NCBI GenBank assembly: GCA_029953675.1
Contig: JAMWBK010000006.1
Location: forward strand, 1,736,001 to 1,800,000
Direction: 5' to 3'
From: Rhodosorus marinus CCMP1338
Lineage: Eukaryota > Plantae > Rhodophyta
DNA length: 64,000 nt
In this document: in pieces, positions 35,778 to 47,047 of the stretch
How the letters are laid out: each line of letters begins with the position of its first letter
Numbering within the stretch: the stretch's first letter is position 1
Translations under genes and position numbers: made by a program
The notes under the pieces: generated by a model
Told to the model about the DNA's origin: nothing
Database searches by the model: none
What the model saw: only the letters and a program-made list of their open reading frames with translations

Positions 35778-38095
35778 TCATTCGTAAACTTCGTTGTCTG
35801 CGGGGCCTTCCACGACACCACCGTAGCTTTCCTGAAAGCCTCTGCGCCTGCGTCTGCGTTGGGCGTAAACGAAAGTAGTGGCAGCCAGCGCAGCAACTCC
35901 AAGACTAGCAAACACGATGAGGACGATCCATCCTGCAGCAAGACCGCCACCGCCACCATTGTCGCCGCCATCGCCACCATTGTCGCCGCCGTCGCCACCA
36001 TTGTCGCCGCCATCGCCACCATTGTCGCCGCCATCGCCACCATTGTCGCCATCTGCAGGGTTTGGCTCCAAAGTGACGTCAGCAGAGTCCTGCGGCGCCA
36101 AAGAAGGATTAAAAGGAGAGAAGAGCCCCGTCGAACGGAAGAGAAAGAGTACAGTTCAAGATCAGATTCGTAAAGGCTCCTCAGAATTGCCAAACCGTAA
36201 CCCGTAGGGTGCAAAAGAAACGCACCGATGGTATGTCCATCAGAACGGTGAAAACTGCATCGTAGAATTCTTGACCCTCTAACTTCTCCACCATCGCATC
36301 CGCCTGTTCCTCCTCCACGTTTACAACGAAGGTGAGGTCAGTTTGTGAAGGGGTCTCCCGATCAGCCTGAAGGTTGATCTCCACATTGTCGGATTGCACA
36401 TCTAGGGCTTCCGTGACCGCCGGTATCAGATCCGAAACTTGTACATCTTCGACCTCAAACCGACTCACACCAGTAGCCTAGAGTTTATCGCACGTAGCCA
36501 GCGACTATGGGTCAGAGGTCAGAGCTGGACACTGGCGAAAAAGGTATCCTGTGTCTATGTACGCACCGTAAAACTTTTCGACGAGTAGGCAAATCCAGCG
36601 GCAGCTTCGGACGGGAGGTCCGGCACAGGACACTCCCCTGCAAAAGCCCCCTCTGCTATCTTCCTGTAGAATCTGAATTCCCGATTCTCAAATGCGCCAG
36701 GATGGAACAATTTGATCAAGTCGTACAAGATCAGGTTTGGTTCTACAACCCCCAACTCGAAAAAGTTGTTCGAGGTGCCTTGTTCCACCTTCACCCCCTC
36801 ACTGTACGTGTCAGCATCGTTCGCCCATGCATTCCCACATTGCATAGACTCGTAGCTCGGAACTTCAGGGTAGGAAGAAGATATCGTCGCGGAATCTGCA
36901 ACTTCATTGAGTGTATTGAATCTGGTCCCAAAACTTGAGATGTTTATCCAATAGTCCGCCGATGAAAAGTTTCCGCTCATCTCTTGCGCACTCAGACTCA
37001 GTGTCGCCGGGCTCTCAGCGTCCTGGATGCGGTAGTCGACGTTGGCGTCCGCAAGAAACTGACCAATATACGAGATACCGTTTGCCACGCTCCATGTTGT
37101 GCCAAACGGATAGTTCGTCATCGCCGACGGAACACGCTCGATCGTGACTGCCAACTCTTTTGCCGCATTGTACTCTGTGTCGATCGTGGAGAAGAGCTTA
37201 TTCGCCTCAGCAATCCGGTGCAGTAGAATTCCAAAGATCTTTACGTGCTCAGCTCGTCCGAGAGGGGTGGTCTCCTCAACCTCTTGAGAGAGCAGCGCAA
37301 CGGTGGTGATCTCCGCGTCCTCGGCTTGAGCGGTGGCCAGATTCTGTTCGAAGGAATCAAGTGAGAAAGTTGTGATGATCGATACTGGAGGTGTCTCTGG
37401 CAGCTGCGCCATTGGGAACACGAAAATAATTCTCAGTCAGTTCAATTTCTTAAGAGCTCCTCCGAGCTCCCCTGCCTCATGAAGATAACTTACAACTTCA
37501 GTATTGAATAGATCCTTGAAGTTATTGCTAAAATCCGCAGCCCCAACTTCTACGATATCTCCTTCATTGAAACGCGTCCACGCGTCGCTCGATGCAATAG
37601 TTGACATTAACGGCACGGCAGCTATGGAAGCCAAACCGTTGAATTCGGGGGTGCCTATCATTCCAACGACCACCGAGTCCCCGACAAATAGGCTCGCTGC
37701 TGGTACATAGATCACAGTCCGATCGTCGTCAACTCCAGCAGGTGCATCGCATCCGCACCGAACGAACCTATACTTGAAGGTGGTGTCTTCGCGCAATGAT
37801 TCCTCCTGTTGCCGTGCCATCAACATTACGGTGAGTTACAGTCAGTCCTATTTCATCCTGGTCATCGGATCTTAAGACCAAAACTCACATCCACATCTAC
37901 GTAAGTGTTCGAAAAGTCGATTTTCGGCAGTCGCTCAGCATATTTCGCCACCACCTTCTCTTCAAAGTAGTCAACTGTCGTGTCGCAGTTGTCCACGGGA
38001 TCCAAACATCCTTGCGGTGTCTGCGGATCCTCTTGAGCGAGGGCTCCGCTCGTCAAAACCAGCACGATCAAGAGCAGCAGGCGAAACGGACCCAT
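35778..38095 (-). CDS. Type I membrane protein with periplasmic-binding-protein fold, CBA1/BtuF-like (cobalamin or metal-chelate binding); multi-exon
   Basis: Signal peptide MGPFRLLLLIVLVLTSGALA, CDTTVDYFEEKV, YRFVRCG, ETTPLGRAEHVKIFG...AEANKLFSTIDTEY, NNFFELGVVEPNLILYDLIKLFHP...FRFYRKI; then an extra acidic domain, (GDNGGDG)n linker, TM GWIVLIVFASLGVAALAATTFVYA and an Arg-rich stop-transfer tail. Confidence 0.8.
35951..36053. repeat. 21-bp coding tandem repeat, about 5 copies (GDNGGDG linker on the minus strand)
   Basis: CGCCACCATTGTCGCCGCC(A/G)T repeated. Confidence 0.92.
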
Positions 38096-40073
38096 CTCGA
38101 AAGTTAGAAGAAAAAAGCTACAACCAGGACCCACGCGACACAAACAAAACAAAAGGCCAGTGCACAAAAAAACAACGCACTATCCTATTCGACCAACACC
38201 ATAGGAGAGAGCTCTCGTCAGCTTGCTCAACACCCCCCTCCATCCTCCGCTCTCTTACCCTGACTTTACTCAGACGCTTATATCCTCTGCAAGCTCTCTC
38301 CATCCCCCTTTGAGTTTCCTATCAAAAGGTGATCGATCATCGCCAATTTTCCAAAGCCAAGTAAAGAAAACCAAGCTCAAACTAACTACCAAACAAGATA
38401 CCAGGAAATACTATCCATCTATTTTGTATTATTTTACTTTTTCCTGGACCGAAGAAGTTGTATTGTTCCAAGATAAATTCTTCCAAAGTATATGAACTAT
38501 ATCGATAAGTAGGCCAATGTTCCACCGAACCAGACGGGGACCAAAAGATCGCATAGTGTGTTTTTTTAACCAATTTTCCAAGCGAAAAGCTCTGGATGCG
38601 ATCGGCAAAGAGAAACCTTGAAAACGTTTATTCGTTCAACCGTAGAAACGCTATGAAAAGGGTTTTTTGGAGCTGGCGAAGGATCTGTATGGTAATTTTA
38701 TGCCTAACAAAGGTTTTTTACTGTCTATATGGATGAAAGGGACAATGTTAAACAGAAGCCAACCTTCTGGGGCCTAGTTTCACTTCGGGACCAGGCCTTT
38801 GTATTTTTGACCAATGTTCCAAGGGAAACTCTGCAGGGGAAATATTTGAAATATTTATTGAAAAACACTATATAGAACAACGTTCCAAGCGGAAACGCTT
38901 GACCGGAGGAATCTTGAAATTATTAATGAAAAACAAAAAATATTTAAGGAGCTGTTGGGGACACCTGGAAGCAATATTTGATTTGGAACTTGGGAAGGGG
39001 ATCTATATTGGGTTTGTGTCTCCGGAGGTCTTTCACGGGCCTCACCGACAGCTAACAGCATATGTGGAGCATCGTGCTTAAACCAACTGGCGAGGTCAAG
39101 AACATAAAATCGGGGTGGTGGCCATAGCAAATGTGCGAAGAAAAGGTCAGCAAGCGTGCCTGTCCAGGTCCCACTGTAGAGAAACATCAGTTCATACTTT
39201 TTTTTAATCCCGACGGAAGGCCTTTCTCCAGATCCCCTCCCACCCCGCACAACGCACTCTCCTCGAACCCCGAACAAAACAACCAACATTCTCAATTTCT
39301 CGGTCACAGGTGGTTCTAGTTTATCATCGAATTGATCGGCCCTGGTCCTCTGGTCCAAAACAAGCGTAAACCCTAACATGAACTCCGGCTCATGTGAAAT
39401 AATGCCTTCACCCTCCCACGACCTCCAACCCCCTTCACACTTGGGACAAATACGGAAACCCGAAAAGAATCTGGTATCACTGTTCACCTTAACCAAAAAA
39501 AATTCCGCTTCCCGTTTATTATATACTGAAAACCATTTGTTCTCACGATACGATTGGTGGTGTTAGAATATTTGAATTCTCACCTCCCAACCACTTTTCG
39601 TTCCTTTACCGGTTCGTTGGTAAATGCAAGAAAATCCAGGGAATTCACTCCCTCCCCCCGTCGTTATTTCAGTGAAGAAATAACAAAATAATTACAATAT
39701 AGAGAATCGTTTTTACCATATTATTTAATACTTAAGTTGATATGGTCTTGAAATGTCTGTTTTTGGAGGGCTTAATATGATACATTCAATTGGTTGGGGG
39801 GTTGAAGTTCGATTTTTGGGGTTTTGTAGTATCTGTGTACAGTTTTTGGTTAACCGTCTTCAACTTCTCTTTTTTTTCAAGTTCAGAGGGGGTAATTGTG
39901 CACGTCTTGATTATCCGGATTTTTTTGTTGAGGAGTTGGGGAGTTTTGCTCCGACGGAATTACATGTGGTAAAATCGCGACGGAGGCGGTGGCTATGTGG
40001 TCACCCCAAGCTTGCTGATCTGATCGGATAATACGATGGTGGCTGGCAACTGGAGGTTTGGTAATATGCGTAG

Positions 40074-40760
40074 ATGAGTGAGTGTGGTTTCAGTCCGAGC
40101 ACGAGTCTAGAAATATTGAACGCAGAAACCACAAGAGCTCAGGATTTATCTCTCACTACAGCCGAACTATTGCCTCTAGTTCTCGCCCTTCGGCTTAGTG
40201 GCTGCATGTTTGAGGGGAATTGGGTTGTAAGAAATCAGAGAGATGGGAAATCCTCACGCAATGATCTGGATTGGGAGAGTTTGATCTGCAATAGTCCATG
40301 TCAATCTATGATGGTTATGTGTGTCACTCGTGTTTGCGCACTGAGGCCAGTTACGTTTCTTTTCTCGTCGTCAATAAGTATCTAATGAAAAGTTCTTCCT
40401 CCCGCCCGCTACGGCTACAGACACTCTGGCTACAGGGAGGAATTATCTCAGTCCAAGGAATATGCTGACACCATGCAAATTCAGTAAAATAGGGGGAACA
40501 TCTGTGGGTAAGCTTGCTGGCCGGAAGGCACTCGGAAATGTCATGACCACACGAAAGAGTATGCGGGCGCTCATCCCATGTTGAAGGAGTGCAGAATCAA
40601 TTGGGACAATCATCCCCGGACTGTCCTTCTCGCTGGCAGACTTGATCCTCTTCTTCAAAGGAAGCAATGAGATTAAGCTTTTGGGCTCATCAACCAATAT
40701 CGCCAGATACATTGCTTATGAACTGCGACTGTCAAGTTGCTACCAGGAAAACTGAAGCCA
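40074..40760 (+). CDS. Hypothetical multi-exon gene; both ends uncertain
   Basis: Exon 40421-40507 (TLATGRNYLSPRNMLTPCKFSKIGGTSV) splices in frame through gtaag...gcag (40508-40594) to (E)SIGTIIPGLSFSLADLILFFKGSNEIKLL; no family recognised. Confidence 0.3.
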
Positions 40761-41244
40761 GGCCAACATCCTTCAGTAAAGGAGTCCAGCCGTTTCCCCC
40801 ATCCTCGCCGCGGGGAACAGGGCGAGATATGCCTGCCTTCATTTTTCAGGTCACAAGCCTTTCGAAATGGGCGTGCTTGTGGCACCCCGAACAGTTCCGG
40901 TGCTTCAGATCCTATCTTCGCCAGGAGCCCCTTTTTCCTACCTTCTGCCACTGCCAGAATGACTAAGACTAGTTTTGAGTATCCCCAGATTAGAACATTT
41001 ACCTCGCCACTTCTTTACCGAGGTCCTCGTAAGGGTCACATTGGTACGGATAAGACAGTCAGTGAGCTTCCGACAGTCAACAGCCGAAGTTCACAACCGC
41101 ATCTGCGGGCTGAATCTGGATTTGACTGTCAGTTGTTTGAGAGGGTGAAGCAAGCACACAGCTAGAGTTGATCGATAAGTTATTGGGGAGGATGAAATCA
41201 CTGGATCGCTGTGTAGGCCAACTGGATCAATACTAGCTATCTAG

Positions 41245-42588
41245 ATGCTTGCGATTTGGGGGCTTGTTTCCGGCCTTGGCTTGCTGGCTCTGTGGCTTCG
41301 CCTGAGACTTTGGAGGCGGGGAGGGGCCTCCAGCTCCACGCGCGTTGGATTTTTGCACCCCAGCTGCGCCGAGGGAGGAGGGGGGGAAAGAGTTCTGTGG
41401 AGAGCTGTGTCAGCGCTTATCGCAGAACGAGGAGAAATTGTTGAAGTTATTGTCTTTGGCGGATCCGGCGAAGCAGATGACGTTAAACGAAAGGTTCAGA
41501 ATCAATTTGGTTTTGACATTGACCACCGTGTGCGTATCGTTCAACTTAGAACTGGATTTTGGACCAAGCCTTCCTACTTCCCAGCCTTCACCCTTCTCTT
41601 GCAGTCCCTAACCGGGATCATCGTAACTCTAGAGGCGCTGCTAACGATTCCCGTGGACGTCCTCATCGAAACTTCGGCCCATCCTTTTGCGCCATTCGCA
41701 GCATGGCTGCTTGATGTAAGGATTCTGAGCTACATTCACTACCCAACGATTTCATCGGAGATGCTGCGCACTGTTTCGGAAGGTCGAAAAGGAGTGAACA
41801 ACTCGTCCTTCGTGACCTCCTCAAGAACTGCAACGAAAATGAAGATTTTCTACTATAGATTGTTCGCGCGAATATACAGCCTTGCGGGGAGGCTGACTGA
41901 TGTTGTCCTTGCCAACTCCTCTTGGACTGGGCTGCACCTGAGGGAAATTTTCGGCAACAGAAGGGTAGTACACGTTGTTTACCCTCCATGCGAAGTTGGA
42001 GTGATTGAGGCTGGGGTTGCCGAACATCGAAACGAGGGCCAGATCATCTCCCTAGCCCAGTTCCGACCGGAAAAGAACCATGAGAAGCAGCTGGAGATGA
42101 TGAACATATTGGTGAATGAGAAACACTGCAGGGTGCGCCTAAAACTCATAGGGGGAGCGCGCAATCACGCAGATGAAGATAGAGCCGCGATGCTGCAGCA
42201 ACTCTCCGCCCAGTTGAAACTGAAAGACAATTGCGAATTCCACGTCAACGTACCCTATCAGGAGGTCAGAAGATACCTAGCTGAGACGGACATTGCCGTG
42301 CACACTATGTCAGACGAGCACTTTGGTATTAGCGTTGTCGAAATGATGGCCTCCGGCGCGATCATCATCGGCCACAACTCTGGTGGTGTCAGGGATATCA
42401 TTGAAAACGGTACAAGCGGCTTCTTAGCTGAGTCCTCGTCGGACTATGCAACAGTTGTGGAACGAGTGATTGCAATGAGAGCTGAGGAAAAGGCAAGAAT
42501 AAGAGAAGGCGCACGGAAACGAGCGCTGATGTTCTCTGATGATGTGTTTGATGCAGCATTCGTTAAGCATCTCATACCGCTCTTGTAA
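41245..42588 (+). CDS. ALG11: GDP-Man:Man3GlcNAc2-PP-Dol alpha-1,2-mannosyltransferase, intronless
   Basis: N-terminal TM, GFLHPSCAEGGGGERVLW, YIHYPTISSEML, ANSSWT, VVYPPC, SLAQFRPEKNH, HTMSDEHFGISVVEMMASG. Confidence 0.95.
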   Translation: MLAIWGLVSGLGLLALWLRLRLWRRGGASSSTRVGFLHPSCAEGGGGERVLWRAVSALIAERGEIVEVIVFGGSGEADDVKRKVQNQFGFDIDHRVRIVQLRTGFWTKPSYFPAFTLLLQSLTGIIVTLEALLTIPVDVLIETSAHPFAPFAAWLLDVRILSYIHYPTISSEMLRTVSEGRKGVNNSSFVTSSRTATKMKIFYYRLFARIYSLAGRLTDVVLANSSWTGLHLREIFGNRRVVHVVYPPCEVGVIEAGVAEHRNEGQIISLAQFRPEKNHEKQLEMMNILVNEKHCRVRLKLIGGARNHADEDRAAMLQQLSAQLKLKDNCEFHVNVPYQEVRRYLAETDIAVHTMSDEHFGISVVEMMASGAIIIGHNSGGVRDIIENGTSGFLAESSSDYATVVERVIAMRAEEKARIREGARKRALMFSDDVFDAAFVKHLIPLL

Positions 42589-42941
42589 ACTGCCCCACCT
42601 TTTGCGGTTTTCTCAGTTCTTGATGAAGCCCGTCCGGCAGATTAGCGCGACCGGGCTCCCGAAATACTTTGAAGGAAAAGCGCTTTTTAAGGTCAGGGTA
42701 AGCTTGATCATAAACGTATTTTATATATTTCCCCGCTTCTGGACATGGCTTTTATGTGCCGCGTCTACTGCAAGGAATCACACAACGCAAACCGATGGGC
42801 AGTCAGCGGTTCTCAGCTGACAGGGTTTGCGCTCGAATACCGCCCGCCTGTTCATAAAAAGCGGACCTTGGCTCGCCAAAACACCCCAGTGGAGACAAGA
42901 CGTTAAATATGTACTTATAGTAAGGATAGTAGCATCCGCAG

Positions 42942-43640
42942 CTACTCCATTTGCATTCTCGTTTCTTTCGCCTGCGCTTTCTCCGCAGCCTTGGCCTTGA
43001 CCAAACGCTTCTGGCGAACCACGGCGGGCTCGATGAGATCGATATTCTGCTCGAGCTCCCGAATAGCATCCTTCTTCTCCAGCGTGGCCTTGATGCGCAT
43101 GCGGTTCTTGAAAAACTGCTTTTCCCTCTTCGTCCGAATCTCCTGAACACGGTTCATGATCTTGAGCGTCTTGCTCATCAATTCTCTGTCGTATTTTGCC
43201 GCCGCGTTTCTCTGTCGCTCGAAGTCGAATGTAGAATCCTAAAAATTGATATTTTCGTCAGGACGGCTACGCACACAAGCAAGGGCTCTCTCTCCGAACA
43301 AGTGAGCACATGTGGCTAGAGCTTACCACAACCATTTCCTTCCCGCGGGCTTTTCGGAAAGCCTTTGTCCATTTCAACTTGCGTGGGTTGCGCCTCATTT
43401 CAAAATTCTTTCGGCATTTTGACCGGCAAAACCTGAAAATCTGCAAAAACCAGAGAACCAATATCTCCAAAATAAGAACAACGCTTTCATCCAATGCGAA
43501 AGTCTCTAAGCGCATCCCTGTCAACCCGGAAAGCGCCAGAGGACGAAAAACAAACTTACCCTCGCGTCGTTGCGAACGAAAACAGTACCATGGCCGGGGT
43601 ACACTGTACTCGAGCAAACGTAACACTTTTCTAACCTCAT
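42942..43640 (-). CDS. RLP24: Ribosome biogenesis protein RLP24 (RSL24D1), three exons
   Basis: [27 protein letters not shown] | [37 protein letters not shown] | [11 protein letters not shown]...[17 protein letters not shown]. Confidence 0.93.
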
Positions 43641-44027
43641 GATGACTCACGAGCCCCCTCCAAAACCTCTCAAATTCTACCTTTCTCTACAACAGATACC
43701 GAGCTGCCCGAACGAGCTGACCTCGAACGCAGGGCTTTCGTCGTTCGTCGTCTCTATTGCCTATCGAAACAAGCGCTCGGCAACAACGGCAGTTGTTTCC
43801 ATCAATCCACATAATGACTGACCAGCATAACTTTTTCCTTTTTAAATTTATTTTGACTGCATTTTAGCTCAATAAGGAATTTTAACGAATCTACTATAAC
43901 AATGATTGGAAGAAAGTGTGTAGTAAGATACTTAATAACCAATTATTAGCTTTGAAATGTTTACCCGTCGACGGCGGTGGTAGTAGGAATTTTCTTATAT
44001 TTTAAAGGAATGAAAAATAGGAGCGGT

Positions 44028-44041
44028 GATATATATATTCT
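44028..44041 (+). promoter_or_regulatory. TATA-like element about 25-30 nt upstream of the 5S gene
   Basis: GATATATATATTC at the expected position for plant/algal-type 5S promoters. Confidence 0.5.
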
Positions 44042-44062
44042 TAAGAGGTTGGCGCTGTTGTC

Positions 44063-44183
44063 AGATACGTTCATACCTCTCGAACATGCACCCGATCCTA
44101 TCTCAAATTCGGAAGTTAAGCTCGAACGGGCCTGGAGAGTACTGAGGTCAGGGATGACTCGGGAACGCCAGGTGACGTATCTT
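44063..44183 (+). rRNA. 5S rRNA gene, single copy in this window
   Basis: AGATACG...CGTATCT terminal helix; CATACC, GCACCCGATCC, CGGAAGTTAAGC (box A), AGTACTGAGGTCAGGGATGACTCGGGAA (IE/box C); about 120 nt. Confidence 0.95.
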
Positions 44184-44197
44184 TTGTATTTTTTTTT
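44182..44197 (+). terminator. RNA polymerase III oligo-T terminator
   Basis: T4 at 44182-44185 and T9 at 44189-44197 directly after the 5S 3' end. Confidence 0.85.
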
Positions 44198-45854
44198 GGT
44201 GTTTTCTGCATTTTTACGGAGGATGTGCCTGGAGTAAGAGGTAGACCACGGAGGATTCTGTTCATGGCCAAGAAAGGGATTGACTTCTCCTGTCACGCAG
44301 TTTTGCTCTCTCTGTCTCAACACATAGTGTGGACCTCAGTTTATACCTGATTCCTCTGAGCTCGCTGGGCTAGGAGCTCTGTGAGTTGTAAGCAATAGTT
44401 GGGGCGGTTCACCCGAGGGCACGCGAGGAGAACCTGATGAGGATCTTCTTATCGTCAGGATGAGTGAACCAATTCAACCGCTCTGTAGAGGCGGAATTCT
44501 TCGACACCGAAGCCGTCCTACTCTTGCATTGGGCTCTACAAAAGAAAAAAAAATGTATCGACGAGAGACATCTGATTACCAAACCCCTAGCGAAAATAAC
44601 GCAAACAATGCTTTCTAAGACGCCGTTCACAGATAGCAGCACCGAGCCGAGAAGTTCCAGAATGCCAAAGGGTCACGAAATCAAACGCCGTCTAGAATCC
44701 GGCCCACGAAAAGTTCAACGAATTCGTCCTCCGACCAAAAGAGCTGCTGTGTTCGTCTAAACATCCGAGAACGCAGGTCGTTGCATACTCTGAGACCGAA
44801 GGTAAAGCTACGCAGAAAAACAAAACAAAAGTGCCTAAGCCAGAACAGTGCTCCAGAGACAGCAATTTTCCCAGCCCTTCACGTGAAAACTACCCAAGAC
44901 GGACACTCCACACCCCACCCTCCTCCCGCATTGCCCTTCACAATTCGAAACCCCAATATCCCCAATTCCGGCTTGCTGTGTCCCAACCTAAGGAGAAACT
45001 TTTTTGCCACCTCATGTACACTCTTTTATGGGACCAAGGACAAAATATATCAAAAATTTGAATATTAGCTGAGGAGTATATCTCTTTGAAATCTACAAAT
45101 TACAAGCCAAGCGCTAGATCATGATATTTGGAAATATTTGGATATACCGCTTGCGCGGTGTCAGCACTGTCCAAAAGAATTTGTTTTTAATTTCCGCGTT
45201 CGTCAGTACAATGTTAATCTTTTAATGGGACATCCGTCTTCTGAGCAAGCTCCTACATGTGTAAAATCCAACCAAATCCGAGCTCAAGCTCCGGGTTGGC
45301 GTCCACCACGAATACCAAATCCAAGTGGTATTCATGGTGTCTTGGTGTTCTTTAGCGCAACAGTGTGGTTGCCATTACATAAGGGAATTAGATGCGCTCC
45401 ATACGGGTGGGAGCTCGTATCCTGATGTTTTGAAACTGTGTGAAGAGGGGAGTAGAGTACGTCTCCACCAGCGTGGGCGGTGCGCTTCGACATCTCCGGG
45501 GAAAAGTTCTTCGAGCAACAACTTCACACTTGAAAGGTCCATACGCCTGTAGGAGAGGAAGTGCGTGAGTTGGATTGTGAAAAACCCGTGGTGGGGCGCA
45601 TCCTTCATCGTGGGCTTACCAGAGAAACGGACCAAATGCTCCTCTGAAATCGGAAGCTGGGTACCATATGTTTTACAGCTATGCTCTGGTGCATGCATTG
45701 CCTAAACAAGATGGATAAGTATCATTTTCTAATAGACATTTTAGGACGAAAAGACTCGAGATAGAACTGATTTAAGGACGCGCAATGTTCCCGAGGTTGG
45801 AAACCTTCACGGATGCAAAAAAAACAACAAAAAAGGTTGGGAAATGTGTTGCCT

Positions 45855-46240
45855 GAGAAAGCCATGTAATACGCAAGAGTATTGCCACCTGCTACTCGAG
45901 CACCATTCGGCGAACACTAGCTGCAACCCATGCGAAGAAAGTATTGGCAGTGGGTGAGGTGGAATTTTCGAACAATCTGTGGGTACTTTTGCAGAGTTCT
46001 CGGAGACCAGCCTCAGGTGAACGTGGATCCTGGATTGTTGAATCCAGGGAAGGACTGGAACCTGTGATTCATCTCCCACGGGGACTCAATTGCGCTGAAA
46101 CGCGCTTCGTACCCAGACAAGATGACCAGGCCTTCGTGACCCCCAGGACGATGGCTTCTTTATCCGGTGTACCCACGAAAACGATGATTGTGGCCTTCGT
46201 CATGTATGGCGCCAAGCTGATGTTCAGAAAGCTCTTTTTA
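45855..46240 (+). pseudogene. Internally deleted, frameshifted fragment of the neighbouring carotenoid cleavage dioxygenase
   Basis: ANTS/THAKKVLAVGE matches TANTSIVYHAKNVLALGE; it joins directly to QVNVDPGLL/EGLEPVIHLPRGLNCAETRFVPR/QDDGFFIRCTHEND/FVMYGAKLM, which matches KVNVRAGLL...GLEAVIHLPPGLNCGEMRFVPR...EDDGFLIGYAHEND...FVAYDAKTM. Confidence 0.85.
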
Positions 46241-47047
46241 GCATCATCTCTGAAAGGGGGGTACAGCGTGCTTGCGGTGCATTGAGGGAACATATGTATA
46301 AACGATGTATACTGCTATACACCTTACAATACCACCCAAACGATTCTGATTAGTTGTACTCATCGTATATTCTCAGATAACTCGATAAGTGACTTGGGAA
46401 AAGCTTCCCACGTAAATATAGGGGTAATCGCCTCTATCAAAAATTCATTAATCAGGATAGTTGAAAGATATACTATTTGTCAATAAATGTCGTGAGTTCG
46501 GTATATAAACTATAATTTATAGGGAAAAACATTTCTCAGACTGGAACTTAACAAATTGTTTTAAAAAATCTATCCTTAAATATAGCGAGTGGAGAGTTGA
46601 GGAAGAGTGCGTTAGCTGCTTTTTTGGGTCCCAGGCGACTCTACGGGTAATTATATTTAATTTATTACGAAAAACATTATCCTGTTTTTGGAATGTTAAG
46701 TTTTGAAACAACAAATATTTGCAAAGTTCGGTCGTTTCCCAATAATTTATTAAGCAAACTATTCGTACTCTTGAGCAGGAAAACTGAAAATAATTAATAT
46801 TTGACCACAAATACCCTGGGTTCGGTAGTTTATTATTAATTTTCTTTCAAAAAAGCTTGTTTTGGAGTGGAACGAGGTGAGATTCGTTTGTGTGCCGTTG
46901 AAAATTGTTTTAGAGGACAGGGTGAAGTTGCATTGAACGGGGAAGAAGAGGGAGGATGAGGGAGGAAGAAGGGGTAGGTATGGTGCTCGGATGCACAGGC
47001 TTTGGGCGTGGGAATAGTAGTCTAGCTTTTCCTATTGGTGAACACCT

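Noticed and set aside
38855-39496. 213-aa minus-strand ORF
   Set aside because: Starts at a non-ATG codon, patchy composition, no recognisable motif; may contain an exon but cannot be supported as a gene.
44230-45700. Possible minus-strand multi-exon gene
   Set aside because: Exon-like pieces (e.g. FTFGLRVCNDLRSRMFRRTQQLFWSEDEFVELFVGRILDG) exist but could not be joined consistently or assigned.
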